Below are positions 1-9,279 of a DNA stretch of 23,762 bases, piece after piece (position 1 is the stretch's first letter; each line of letters starts with the position of its first letter). The DNA comes from Nitrospinota bacterium. Lineage in GTDB: Bacteria; UBA8248. A program made the translations under genes and the position numbers. Below the pieces are notes generated by a model. That model saw only the letters and a list, made by a program, of their open reading frames with translations, did not search any database and was not told where the DNA came from. Where the stretch lies: positions 1 through 23,762 of the forward strand of contig JASLZZ010000092.1 of the NCBI GenBank assembly GCA_030754595.1. The letters run 5' to 3'.

Positions 1-85
1 CCGGCGGAGAACCACAGCATACCAAGTCATTTTGAGGTTATGAAATGACTTCTAATCCTCTCCCGCTGAAACGAAGGCTCTCGTT

Positions 86-129
86 AAAAAAAGAGGGCCC
101 CGGCATCCACCCTGGACGCCGGGGCCCTC
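86..129 (-). terminator. Rho-independent terminator of the Gfo/cupin/MaoC operon
   Basis: On the minus strand: GAGGGCCCCGGCGTCCA-GGG-TGGATGCCGGGGCCCTC (17-bp stem, one G.U) followed by T7, just downstream of the MaoC stop at 162. Confidence 0.9.
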
Positions 130-161
130 ATTTATTAACGCCCTACGAAAGCCGCCCGGCG

Positions 162-611
162 TTACTCCCCCGCCTGCCGGCGGACAAGTACCACACTCCG
201 CATGGTGAGAACGGCCGTATCGTCCTGATTGACCACCGTGAAATCCATCGTCAACACCCCCCGGCCGGGGTCCGACCCCGAGGGGCGCATCGCCGCCACC
301 TCAGCCTCGGTGCGAAGGATGTCGCCCGGCCGAACGGGCGCCAGCCAGCGAATCGCCTCGACGCCGGGCGAGCCCATCCCGCAATCGGCGAGCGCGCCGG
401 TGTCGATGAACAGGCGAAACCCGAATGAAAGGGTGTGAAACCCGCTGGCGATCAGACCCCCGTATGGAGACGCATTCGCCGCCTCGAGGTCGATGTGAAA
501 CGGCTGGGGGTCGTACCTCTGCGCGAACGCGACGATCTCCTCCTCGCTGATCGCCGCGCTTTCGCTTGAGAAGCGCTCACCCACGCTGAAGTCGTCAAAG
601 TATCTGGCCAT
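162..611 (-). CDS. MaoC-family (hot-dog fold) dehydratase
   Basis: Motifs YFDDFSVGE, FAQRYDPQPFHID, GGLIASGFHT and IRWLAPVRPGD. Confidence 0.9.
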   Translation of the reverse strand: MARYFDDFSVGERFSSESAAISEEEIVAFAQRYDPQPFHIDLEAANASPYGGLIASGFHTLSFGFRLFIDTGALADCGMGSPGVEAIRWLAPVRPGDILRTEAEVAAMRPSGSDPGRGVLTMDFTVVNQDDTAVLTMRSVVLVRRQAGE

Positions 612-635
612 GCGTCTTGGCCGAAACCAGCCCGG

Positions 636-1040
636 CTAGCTGGCTCCGTTTCCTCCCGGGAAGGATTTTTCGGCCTCCTCGGCGCCCTCGGCCATGTTGT
701 AGTCCTGATCGAGTTCCCCGTCCCCGCAAGGGCTCTTCACCGCGAAAAACACCGCCGAACCACCCACGGCCCGGCTCCTGTGATTGGTGTTCCGGGGAAT
801 ATGGATCAAATCGCCCTTTTCGACGGTTCGTTCCTCATCGCCCAGGATGTAGTGAAGCTTTCCTTCGAGAATCAGCGCGAATTGCTCTTCGTTGGGGTGC
901 ATGTGAAGGGGAGGACCCTCGCCCTCGAGCTTGGTCACGACACCGGCTTTCATCAACTCCCCGGCTACGGTTTTTCGGGTGATGGCGGCGTTAAGCTTGC
1001 TCTTCGATTCGGCCATCTCGGCCACTTGATAAAACGGCAT
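636..1040 (-). CDS. Cupin domain protein
   Basis: Cupin motifs PPLHMHPNEEQ..ILEG and GDLIHIPRNTNH; AAGGAG RBS upstream. Confidence 0.85.
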   Translation of the reverse strand: MPFYQVAEMAESKSKLNAAITRKTVAGELMKAGVVTKLEGEGPPLHMHPNEEQFALILEGKLHYILGDEERTVEKGDLIHIPRNTNHRSRAVGGSAVFFAVKSPCGDGELDQDYNMAEGAEEAEKSFPGGNGAS

Positions 1041-1074
1041 GTCGATCTCCTTTGATCACAGATTCAATTCAGAA

Positions 1075-2202
1075 TTAGCCCAGTTCGGCAACCAGCTCGG
1101 CCGGATCGACGGGCAGCTTAAGCGCCTCTCCGCGCTTTGCCGAAAGATCCATCGCCATCGTCATCATGAGATTGCGGTGTCCGTCGGCGGCGGTGGCATG
1201 GGGGGTGTCGAGTCCGACGTGCACCCGCTGGTACCAGGCGTTCGTCTCTTCGCGCATCGGTCCCCAGAGTTGATCGAAGGCGATGTCGCCGGGGGGATAG
1301 CTCGTGAGGAAGTCGACGTTGCGCGTGATCTCGGGTGTGTAGCCCGCGGGCTGGGCCCGCTCGCTCGCCAACACCATGTCGCGGTGGGTGTCGTCGATGG
1401 TGAGCACGCCCTCGGTCCCGACGATGCCGATCTCGAGGCTGTACACCGAGCCCGGCCAGACGACCGGAAGCGCCCAGCTAATGCTCATGCTCCAGATGGT
1501 TCCGTCCTCGAACGAGAAGATGCCGGTCGTGGCGTCCTTGGTCCCGTAGGAGGCGCCCAGTGCCCGGTCCACCGACCGCGCATAGAGCTCGACGGGCTTT
1601 TTACCCTCGAGAAGCCACATGCAGATGTCGAGGCTGTGGGTGCCCGACACCACCATCGGGGTCAGTTTGCCCCGGTGTTCGGTCTTCTCGACCGTGGCGA
1701 TGGGGACCAGACGGTTCATGAAGGCGCGGGTCGTCACCGTGGTGACGTCGCCGAGCGCGTTGTTCCGGAGCTTTTCCTTCACCACCAGGAATTTTCGGCG
1801 AAAGCGCAGGGTGTAGCCGACGACGGCGTCGATTCCTTCGCCCTCGATGGCCTTGACGATTTCGGCGGACTCTAGCGCGTTCGTGGCCAGCGGTTTTTCG
1901 ATGAAAAGATCGTGCCCCCTCTCGACCGAGTCCATGACCGGCCCGAAGTGCTCGTTCTCCTCGGTCGCGATAATGGCGGCGTTCACCTCGGACCGGGCGA
2001 GCAGCTCCTTCGAGTCGGTGGTGAAGAAATCGGCGCCCGTGTCCTCGGCGAGCTTCCGGCCCACCTTCTCGTCGATGTCGCACAGCCCGAGCCACTCGAC
2101 GCCGGGATAATCGCGCGCCAGTTCACCGCGGATTCGCCCGATCGTCCCGCAGCCGACGATAGCCAGACCGATTGGTTTTTTCTTGCCGTTTTCGTTGCTC
2201 AT
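1075..2202 (-). CDS. Gfo/Idh/MocA family NAD(P)-dependent oxidoreductase
   Basis: Rossmann motif AIVGCGTIG, the IEKPLA motif and GTHSLD; AAGGAG RBS. Confidence 0.92.
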   Translation of the reverse strand: MSNENGKKKPIGLAIVGCGTIGRIRGELARDYPGVEWLGLCDIDEKVGRKLAEDTGADFFTTDSKELLARSEVNAAIIATEENEHFGPVMDSVERGHDLFIEKPLATNALESAEIVKAIEGEGIDAVVGYTLRFRRKFLVVKEKLRNNALGDVTTVTTRAFMNRLVPIATVEKTEHRGKLTPMVVSGTHSLDICMWLLEGKKPVELYARSVDRALGASYGTKDATTGIFSFEDGTIWSMSISWALPVVWPGSVYSLEIGIVGTEGVLTIDDTHRDMVLASERAQPAGYTPEITRNVDFLTSYPPGDIAFDQLWGPMREETNAWYQRVHVGLDTPHATAADGHRNLMMTMAMDLSAKRGEALKLPVDPAELVAELG

Positions 2203-2423
2203 TCGAAACTCCTTGAGAGTAGCGTCTTTATATCGACCTTCGAAACAACACCGTCAGGCGCCAAACTCGTCCGGGTCAACTGGCGGGCGATGCGCTTCGC
2301 CCCGTTTCTCCGGCAAACCCATATATATAGCCGGATTCCGTAAATCGCCGGATTCCGGACATCGTCATCATCGGATCCCGCTCGTTTTCGGTCTTGAAAT
2401 CCTCGCTTCCCGGCCGCCGCGGC

Positions 2424-2792
2424 TCAAACTTTGATCTCCACCCGAATCGCGTCGAAGGCAAAGGTGTCGTGGTTTTCGAGCCAGTGGAGCCCCTCGGGCT
2501 CCACCCAAAAGGGCTCGCCGTCCTTGAGCTTGCCGCTTCTGGCGACGGTTTCGCCCTCCTCGTTATAGTAGTCCATGTCCAGGCTCGCGTTGATGACAAA
2601 AATGCTCGGCCGGGCGTGGGTGTGTTTCTTTTCGACGACGCCCGGCGGAATGTTGTCGCGAAGAACGCGAACATACTCGTTCTCGAAAAAGACGGTGTGA
2701 TTTTCCGGCGCGGCAGCGACGGCGTCGAGTTCCTCGGGGGTGCCCGGAATAAAGGGCGGCCGCTGCGGGATGTGATCAGAGTCCGAGGGCAT
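2424..2792 (-). CDS. Small cupin-like protein
   Basis: APENHTVFFENEYVRVL..IPPG...HTH and PEGLHWLEN match small cupin proteins. Start placed at ATG 2792, behind GAAGGAG. Confidence 0.75.
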   Translation of the reverse strand: MPSDSDHIPQRPPFIPGTPEELDAVAAAPENHTVFFENEYVRVLRDNIPPGVVEKKHTHARPSIFVINASLDMDYYNEEGETVARSGKLKDGEPFWVEPEGLHWLENHDTFAFDAIRVEIKV

Positions 2793-2933
2793 TTGATATC
2801 TCCTTCGACTAGGCTCGCGGTTAAATCCCATACAATCTCGAACCGGATGACCGCGAGATCGAAATCCCGGAAATTTTCGACTCGGTGGGCGCCATCGGTC
2901 TCTAGCCTTTAGAGCGCCTCCTCCCAGGGAAAT

Positions 2934-3869
2934 TCAGGCCAATACCGCCTTGGGCAGCATGGCGTGCACCCCCTTCACCCCGTTGACGATCTGGGTCACG
3001 TGAAGGTCCACGGCGAGGCTGCACAGCGTATAGGCGTCATCGCGGCTCATCCCCCTCGCCTCGCCCAGAAAATCAATCGTCTCTCTCAAAGCCATCTTCG
3101 CCGCGTTGTCGATCAAGGGGTCAAAACCCATCAGGATATGATGGGTCCCGGTTTCCGCCCGGGGGTGAGTGAGCTTCATATCCTTTCGAAGGCGAAGCTC
3201 CACCGTACCCGAAAGGGCGGTCTCGAGGGCCGAGGTGCAAGACTCTCCGTCGCCCTGACAACCGTGCCCGTCGCCGATGGAAAACATCGCGCCCTCGTTG
3301 AACACCGGAAAATACACGGTCGCCCCGGGCCCGAGCTCCTTGTTATCGAGGTTGCCCCCCCAAAAACCCGGCGGCGCCGAAGCGACTTGTCCCATCGCGG
3401 GTGGCGGGGCGACGCCGAAGTTTCCGAAAAACGGATCGAGGGGCACCTTTACGCCCGCGCCCCAGTCCGCCGTGCCCGCCGCATCGTCGATCTCCACGAC
3501 GACGGAGTGATGATAGGGAAAATCCTCGGGCAGACCGCCCCGGAGAGGCCGGAAAACATTCACCCCCCAGTCGTAACGTGGCCGGGCGTCGATGAAGCGC
3601 ACTTCGAGTACGTCTCCGGGCCGCGCTCCCTCGACGGCGACCGGGCCGATGAGCATGTGCCCCCCCGCGCCCTTCACGCAGGTCTCGATAATCGCGAGGA
3701 GCTCCTTCGAGACGCGGGAGCGGACCTTCTCCATGGCGTCCATGAACCCCGACTCGGTGTGGACTTGTAGGCGATCGCCCGAGGCAACGGTGAGGATCGG
3801 AGCCAGCGCGGCGTCGTAGTAGCCCCAGTGTACGGTCCCGGGCGATGCGATGAGCTCATGAATTACCAA
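2934..3869 (-). CDS. Acetamidase/formamidase (FmdA/AmdA) family protein, copy 1
   Basis: Motifs TVHWGYYD, GHMLIGPVAVEGARPGDVLEV, GGNLDNKEL and GDGHGCQGDGE. TTG start at 3869 behind AAAGGA, aligned with the start of the paralog. Confidence 0.92.
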   Translation of the reverse strand: MVIHELIASPGTVHWGYYDAALAPILTVASGDRLQVHTESGFMDAMEKVRSRVSKELLAIIETCVKGAGGHMLIGPVAVEGARPGDVLEVRFIDARPRYDWGVNVFRPLRGGLPEDFPYHHSVVVEIDDAAGTADWGAGVKVPLDPFFGNFGVAPPPAMGQVASAPPGFWGGNLDNKELGPGATVYFPVFNEGAMFSIGDGHGCQGDGESCTSALETALSGTVELRLRKDMKLTHPRAETGTHHILMGFDPLIDNAAKMALRETIDFLGEARGMSRDDAYTLCSLAVDLHVTQIVNGVKGVHAMLPKAVLA

Positions 3870-3891
3870 TCCGGGCGTCCTTTCCGGTCCG

Positions 3892-4827
3892 CTACTCGAA
3901 CAGCGACTTGGGCACCATGGCGTGGACACCCTTATAGCCGTTCACGATCTGGGTGACGTGAAGGTCCACGGCGAGGCTGCAAAGCGAGTATGCGTCGTCG
4001 CGGCTCATCCCCCTCAACTCGCCCAGGAAATCGATGGTCTCCCTCAAGGCCATCTTCGCCGAGTTGTCGAGAATGGGGTCGAATCCCCCGAGGATATAGT
4101 GGGTAGGCGTCTCCGCTCGGGGCACCTTGAGCGACATGTCCTTGCGGACGATCAACTCGAACGTGCCGTGCAGGCCCATTTCGATGCCGTTGATGTTCGC
4201 CTCGCCGTCGCCCTGGCAGCCGTGGCCGTCGCCCACCGAAAAAAGCGCGCCTTCGTTAAAGATGGGGATATAGACGGTCGCCCCCGCCGTGAACTCCTTG
4301 TTGTCGAAATTGCCTCCCCACTCGCCCGGAGGGGCGCTCGACACCCGGCCCATCGCCGGAGGCGGGGCGACGCCGAAATTCCCGAAAAACGGGGCAAGCG
4401 GTACTTTCACCCCGGCCCCCCAGTCGCCCGTTCCCGCCTCGGCGTCCACGTTCACGACGACCACCCGCAAATAGGGAAAATCCTCGGGCAGCCCGCCCGC
4501 CAACGGGCGAAAACCGTTATAGCCCCAGTCGTAGCGGGGCTGAATGTCCTTGATTCGGACCTCGAGCACATCGCCGGGCCGGGCGCCCTCGATGGCCACC
4601 GGGCCGGTCATGATGTGGGCGCCCTCCCCTTTTTTCACGGTGGAGAAGATATCGCGGACCGCCTTCGAGGCCCGGTCACCCAACTCATCGAGCAGATCGG
4701 CCCGGCCCGATTCGGTGTGGACGATGAGGGTATCGCCCGAGGCGATAGTCATCACGGGCTCGCCCGCGGGGTCGTAGTAGCCCCACTGGACAGTTTCAGG
4801 AGTGGCGGTCAGTTCGTGCGTGGCCAT
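3892..4827 (-). CDS. Acetamidase/formamidase (FmdA/AmdA) family protein, copy 2
   Basis: Same motifs (HIMTGPVAIEGARPGD, GGNFDNKE, GDGHGCQGDGE). ATG 4827 (MATHEL) behind AAGGGG; the ORF-track N-terminal extension is probably not real. Confidence 0.92.
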   Translation of the reverse strand: MATHELTATPETVQWGYYDPAGEPVMTIASGDTLIVHTESGRADLLDELGDRASKAVRDIFSTVKKGEGAHIMTGPVAIEGARPGDVLEVRIKDIQPRYDWGYNGFRPLAGGLPEDFPYLRVVVVNVDAEAGTGDWGAGVKVPLAPFFGNFGVAPPPAMGRVSSAPPGEWGGNFDNKEFTAGATVYIPIFNEGALFSVGDGHGCQGDGEANINGIEMGLHGTFELIVRKDMSLKVPRAETPTHYILGGFDPILDNSAKMALRETIDFLGELRGMSRDDAYSLCSLAVDLHVTQIVNGYKGVHAMVPKSLFE

Positions 4828-5078
4828 GGCTGGACCCCTTTTCGAGAATGCGTCGAGTCTTCGTGAGTATCTTAGTAAAATACCCCGCCCCGACCCCGGA
4901 GGCCGCCCCGGTCCCGGGGGCCGCCGCTCGCCGGAGAGCTTTTCTTGTCTATTACTAGACAGGGAGTGCCGACTTTCGCCGGAAACAGATTGGACTCTAT
5001 CATCCACCCCCAGTCTCTACCAACCACCCCCGAAGAGGTCAAAATATCGGCGATTCGCCCCCTTTTACCCCAAAACCG

Positions 5079-5903
5079 CTACCCCAAAACCGCGCCGGCG
5101 AGCGCCGGCAAAATCTCCCCCATCCGCCCCCGGAGGAGGGCGTGGGCGCTGCCGTCGAGACGGGTGGGCGAGTCGTTCACGATAATCAGACGGGCCCCGG
5201 CCATGAGCGCCTTCTCCGGCAGAGCGCCGGCGGGCCGGACAGCCATCGAGGAGCCCGCCACCAGAAACACCTGGGACGCTTCGGCGCCATCGACCGCCCG
5301 GCTCAGGCGCTCCGGAACGATGGGCTCCCCGAAAAACACCGCGTCCGGCTTGAGGAAACTACCGCAGCCGCCGCAAGCCGGGATCTTCTCGCCCCCTTGA
5401 ATCCGGGCCTGAACCTCGCGCCTCGGGACCCACTCCACGCAGCCCACGCAGACGCAGAAATGACTCGTCCCGTGAATTTCGACGATTTTCTTCGGCTCAT
5501 GACCGGCCTTTTGATGGAGGCCGTCCGTGTTCTGGGTGATCAGGAGGGAGAGTTTTCCGGCCCGGGAGAGCCGGGCGAGGGCATTGTGCCCCTCGGAGGA
5601 CTCGGCCTCGAGAACGCGCGGGTAGCTCTCCCGCGTGGCGGCCCAGTAGCGTCGACGAACCTCCTCGGAGGAGGTCCAGCGCCGGATGTCGAAATCCCTG
5701 GGGTCGAACCGAACCCACACCCCGCCCCCCGAGCGGAAATCGGGGATTCCGGATTCAGTGCTAATCCCCGCGCCGGTCAGGCAAACGGTGCGCTCCGACT
5801 CGCGGAGCCATTGAACGGCCCGGGGCATGTTCTCGCCTGCCGTGTTCTCGCCAGCCAACTTCTCGCCTGCCAACTTCTCGCCTGCCGTGTTTTCCGCGGG
5901 CAA
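5079..5903 (-). CDS. cobB: Sir2-family NAD-dependent protein deacylase
   Basis: GAGISTESGIPDFR, TQNTDGLHQKAG, catalytic HG, two CxxC Zn-binding pairs, KPDAVFFGE and GSS. Start is TTG 5903 or ATG 5828. Confidence 0.92.
   Translation of the reverse strand: MPAENTAGEKLAGEKLAGENTAGENMPRAVQWLRESERTVCLTGAGISTESGIPDFRSGGGVWVRFDPRDFDIRRWTSSEEVRRRYWAATRESYPRVLEAESSEGHNALARLSRAGKLSLLITQNTDGLHQKAGHEPKKIVEIHGTSHFCVCVGCVEWVPRREVQARIQGGEKIPACGGCGSFLKPDAVFFGEPIVPERLSRAVDGAEASQVFLVAGSSMAVRPAGALPEKALMAGARLIIVNDSPTRLDGSAHALLRGRMGEILPALAGAVLG
5830..5889. repeat. Four tandem 15-bp repeats (TTCTCGCCWGCC + GTG/AAC)
   Basis: Units are ttctcgcctgccgtg, ttctcgccagccaac, ttctcgcctgccaac and ttctcgcctgccgtg. They encode ENTAG/EKLAG pentapeptides at the 5' end of cobB. 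Confidence 0.9.
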
Positions 5904-6014
5904 TTTTTGGGCCTTTCATTTAAGCTACATGAACGGGCGGCGCGAGCCATTTTAATGAAAAACGCGGCAGGCGGGTCTCGCCCGCCCGGGACGAATGGCT
6001 GAGGATTCGCTTCG

Positions 6015-7373
6015 ATGATGAAAGCACGAATTCAACACTTTTTACCGGTGCTCGCGGTTATAGTGCTGGCCGCCGCGATGGGCGGGTGCGCCGAGTACGG
6101 ATTCAACACCTCGATCAGCTCCGCCGCCGCAAAGTCTCTGAAAGAATCCATTCAAAAGGAATTCGACCTCATGGTCCAGGACTTCGACGCCCTGGACGCA
6201 AAGGGCGAAGCAGAACTCTGCACCCCCCTCCGTTTCGCGGTGGCCCGGTTCGCCGTTTACCAGGCTATCGAGGAGGGAAGAAAAACCGGTATGGCGCAGA
6301 TGACCCGCTTCATCACGCGGGCGCGGCGCGCGCTGACCTCCACCGGCGAAAAACTGAAATCCCGAAAATGCGTGGACAGCGACGGCGACGGCCTGACCGA
6401 TCTGGCCGAGGTCCGCCGCTACAAGACGAATCCGAACAACGCCGACACCGACGCGGACGGCCTCGCCGACGGCCTGGAGGTTCGCCGCCACCGCACAAAT
6501 CCTCTTAACTTCGACACCGACGGCGACCTGCTGAGCGACGGGGAAGAAGCGATCTACTTCAAGGTGAGCCCGAACCACCCCGACAGCGATCGGGACGGCT
6601 ACACGGACGGCTTCGAGGTCACCCGCGGAACCGACCCGGGCGATCAGTGCTCGCGGCCTGCCCGGGGGCCCAGGGCGCCCGGCCCCTGGGCGAAATGCAA
6701 GCTTCAAAAAGAATTTGACCTCGTGGTCCGGGACTTTGACGCCCTGGACGGAAAGGGCGAACTCGAACTCTGCGCCCCCCTCCGCTTCGCGGTGGCCCGG
6801 TTCGCCGTTTACCAGGCCATCGAGGAGGGGAGAAAGTCCGGGATGGAGCAGATGACCAGGTTCATCCTGCAGGCGCGGCGCGCGCTGACCGCCGCCCGCG
6901 AAAAGCTGAAGTCCCGAAAATGCACGGACAGCGACGGCGACGGCCTGACCGATCTGGCCGAGGTCCGCCTCTACAAGACGAATCCGAACAACGCCGATAC
7001 CGACGCGGACGGCCTCGCCGACGGCCTGGAGGTTCGCCGCCACCGCACCAACCCTCTTAACTTCGACACCGACGGCGATCTTCTGAGCGACGGGGAAGAA
7101 GCGATCTACTTCAAGGTGAGCCCGAAACACCCCGACAGCGATCGGGACGGCTACACGGACGGCTTCGAGGTTACCCGCGGCACCGACCCGGGCGATCAAT
7201 GCTCGCGTCCCGTCCGGGGGCCCAGGGCGCCCGGCCCCTGGGCGAAATGCAAGCGGAGCCTGACGGGAAAGAGATATCGCCGGCGAAGGCGGGCGGTGCG
7301 GCGCCCTGTCCGCCGGGAGGGAGAGAACCCCCTCATCAACGAGAGCATCACACACAACCCCCTGAATCCCTGA
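6015..7373 (+). CDS. Predicted lipoprotein with two 184-aa tandem modules, each a helical domain plus bacterial TSP3-like Ca-binding repeats
   Basis: Basic N-terminus, hydrophobic stretch and a MGGC lipobox-like site. Repeats of DSDGDGLTD..E...TNP..DTD.DGL.DG.E; Arg-rich C-terminal tail. Confidence 0.8.
   Translation: MMKARIQHFLPVLAVIVLAAAMGGCAEYGFNTSISSAAAKSLKESIQKEFDLMVQDFDALDAKGEAELCTPLRFAVARFAVYQAIEEGRKTGMAQMTRFITRARRALTSTGEKLKSRKCVDSDGDGLTDLAEVRRYKTNPNNADTDADGLADGLEVRRHRTNPLNFDTDGDLLSDGEEAIYFKVSPNHPDSDRDGYTDGFEVTRGTDPGDQCSRPARGPRAPGPWAKCKLQKEFDLVVRDFDALDGKGELELCAPLRFAVARFAVYQAIEEGRKSGMEQMTRFILQARRALTAAREKLKSRKCTDSDGDGLTDLAEVRLYKTNPNNADTDADGLADGLEVRRHRTNPLNFDTDGDLLSDGEEAIYFKVSPKHPDSDRDGYTDGFEVTRGTDPGDQCSRPVRGPRAPGPWAKCKRSLTGKRYRRRRRAVRRPVRREGENPLINESITHNPLNP
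6153..7253 (+). repeat. Intragenic tandem duplication with a 552-bp period
   Basis: 6153-6701 and 6705-7253 both encode QKEFDL...GPWAKCK with very similar DNA. Confidence 0.95.
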
Positions 7374-7432
7374 ACCGAATCTTAAATTCGTGTCCCTGAT
7401 TCGCCCCTCCACCAAAAATCCCGATTGCGGAC

Positions 7433-9124
7433 TTACTCGTCCGTCACGCATCCCTCCGAGGCCGAGGAGACGCACCTGGCGTACTTGAAGAGCGTGCCCC
7501 GCTTCGCCCGAAGCGGCGGGGGGGTCCACTTGTTTCGTCTCGCCTCGATTTCCCCCTCGCTCAGGTCGAGGTTCAGCGTCCGGCTCACGGCGTCGATGGT
7601 GATCCTGTCGCCGTTTTCGATCAGTGCGAGCAGGCCTCCGGTCTGGGCCTCCGGCGTGACATGGCCGACGACGAAGCCGTGCGTCCCGCCCGAGAAGCGG
7701 CCGTCGGTGATGAGGGCGACATCGTTCCCGAGCCCCGCACCCATGATGGCCGAGCTCACGGTGAGCATCTCCCGCATGCCGGGGCCGCCCCTGGGTCCCT
7801 CGTAGCGGATGACGATGACATCTCCCTTTTGGATCTCACTGCGCTCGAGCCCCCTGAGGGTGTCCTCCTCGGAGTCGTAGACGCGCGCGGGACCCTCGAA
7901 GCGCTCGCCTTCCTTGCCGGTGATCTTCGCCACCGCGCCCTCGGGCGATAAATTTCCGTAGAGTATCTGAAGGTGCCCCTTCTTTTTGATCGGACTCGAA
8001 ACGGGCGAGATGATCTTTTGGCCTTCCTTGAGGTCCGGCACGGCCGCTAGGTTCTCGGCAAGCGTTTTTCCGGTCACCGTCAGGCAGCCTCCGTCGAGGA
8101 GGCCCTCCTTGAGCAGAAGTTTTTGAACGCCGGGAACGCCGCCGTTCTCGTGAAGGTCCTCCATCACGTATTGTCCGCTCGGCTTGAGGTCGGCGAGATA
8201 GGGGGTCCGGTCGCTGATTCGCTGAAAATCGTCGATATCGAGATCGACATCGACCGTTTTCGCCATCGCGACGAGGTGCATCACCGCGTTGGTCGAGCCC
8301 CCCAGCGCCATGATGATGGTAATCGCGTTCTCAAACGCCGCCTTCGTCATGATGTCGCTCGGTTTGATGTCGTTTTCGATGAGGTGGTATATCGCGGCGC
8401 CCACGTTCAGGCATTCGTTCCGCTTCTCTTCGCTCATGGCGGGGTTCGACGAGCTGTAGGGAAGACTCATCCCCAGCGTCTCGATGGACGAGGACATCGT
8501 GTTCGCCGTGTACATCCCGCCGCAAGCGCCCCCGCTCGGGCAGGCGTGGCGGATAATCGCCTTGAAGCGGTCCTCCTCGACTTTCCCGCTGAAAAGCTCG
8601 CCGTAGGCCTGGAAGGCGGAGACAATATCGAGTTTTTCATCGCCCAAAAAGCCCGGGCTGATCGTCCCGCCGTAGACCATCAGGCTGGGGCGGTTGAGCC
8701 TGCCCATCGCAATGAGCGAACCCGGCATATTCTTGTCGCACCCCGGCAGCGTCACCACCGCGTCGTACCACTGGGCGCTCACTACGGTCTCGATCGAATC
8801 GGCGATAATCTCCCTCGATTGGAGGGAGTACTTCATCCCCTCGGTGCCCATCGAGATGCCGTCGCTGACACCGATGGTGTTGAAGATGAGGCCGACCATC
8901 TTTTTATCGGCGTTGACGCTCTCCTTGACGAGATTCGCCAGTTGATTGAGGTGCATGTTGCACGAGTTTCCCTCCCACCACATGCTGGCGATTCCGACCT
9001 GGGGATTGTCCATGTCCTTCTCGTCCAGCCCGGCCCCGTAGAGCATCGCCTGAGACGCCGCCTGAGAGGGCGGCTGGGTCACGCGCTGGCTGTATTGGTT
9101 CAATCCTGATTTCCGTTCCGGCAT
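7433..9124 (-). CDS. ilvD: Dihydroxy-acid dehydratase
   Basis: Motifs [47 protein letters not shown] and [16 protein letters not shown]. Confidence 0.97.
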   Translation of the reverse strand: MPERKSGLNQYSQRVTQPPSQAASQAMLYGAGLDEKDMDNPQVGIASMWWEGNSCNMHLNQLANLVKESVNADKKMVGLIFNTIGVSDGISMGTEGMKYSLQSREIIADSIETVVSAQWYDAVVTLPGCDKNMPGSLIAMGRLNRPSLMVYGGTISPGFLGDEKLDIVSAFQAYGELFSGKVEEDRFKAIIRHACPSGGACGGMYTANTMSSSIETLGMSLPYSSSNPAMSEEKRNECLNVGAAIYHLIENDIKPSDIMTKAAFENAITIIMALGGSTNAVMHLVAMAKTVDVDLDIDDFQRISDRTPYLADLKPSGQYVMEDLHENGGVPGVQKLLLKEGLLDGGCLTVTGKTLAENLAAVPDLKEGQKIISPVSSPIKKKGHLQILYGNLSPEGAVAKITGKEGERFEGPARVYDSEEDTLRGLERSEIQKGDVIVIRYEGPRGGPGMREMLTVSSAIMGAGLGNDVALITDGRFSGGTHGFVVGHVTPEAQTGGLLALIENGDRITIDAVSRTLNLDLSEGEIEARRNKWTPPPLRAKRGTLFKYARCVSSASEGCVTDE

Positions 9125-9203
9125 TTATATTGCCTCCCGACAAAATTTCCGGCCGCGCCGACCCTCTTACAGGAGAGTCGCTGGCGAACCGATCCACTTG
9201 ATT

Positions 9204-9250
9204 CTTAAATTCCAGACAACTTAATTTCAGAACAACTTAACTCCAGACAA
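9204..9250. repeat. Three imperfect 15-16 bp direct repeats upstream of ilvD
   Basis: cttaaattccagacaa, cttaatttcagaacaa and cttaactccagacaa in an AT-rich intergenic patch. Confidence 0.7.
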
Positions 9251-9279
9251 GAGGGCTCGGCGGGCGCCGCCCTTCCCAT

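Noticed and set aside
2330..2357. GCCGGATTCCG direct repeat upstream of the Gfo/Idh/MocA gene
   Set aside because: Only two short GC-rich copies, plausibly chance, with no further support.
5830..5889. Possible CRISPR array
   Set aside because: Contiguous 15-bp units with no spacers and no cas genes in the window.
6042..7529. 495-aa minus-strand ORF
   Set aside because: Antisense shadow of the lipoprotein gene, with no recognisable motifs; long shadow ORFs are common in GC-rich DNA.
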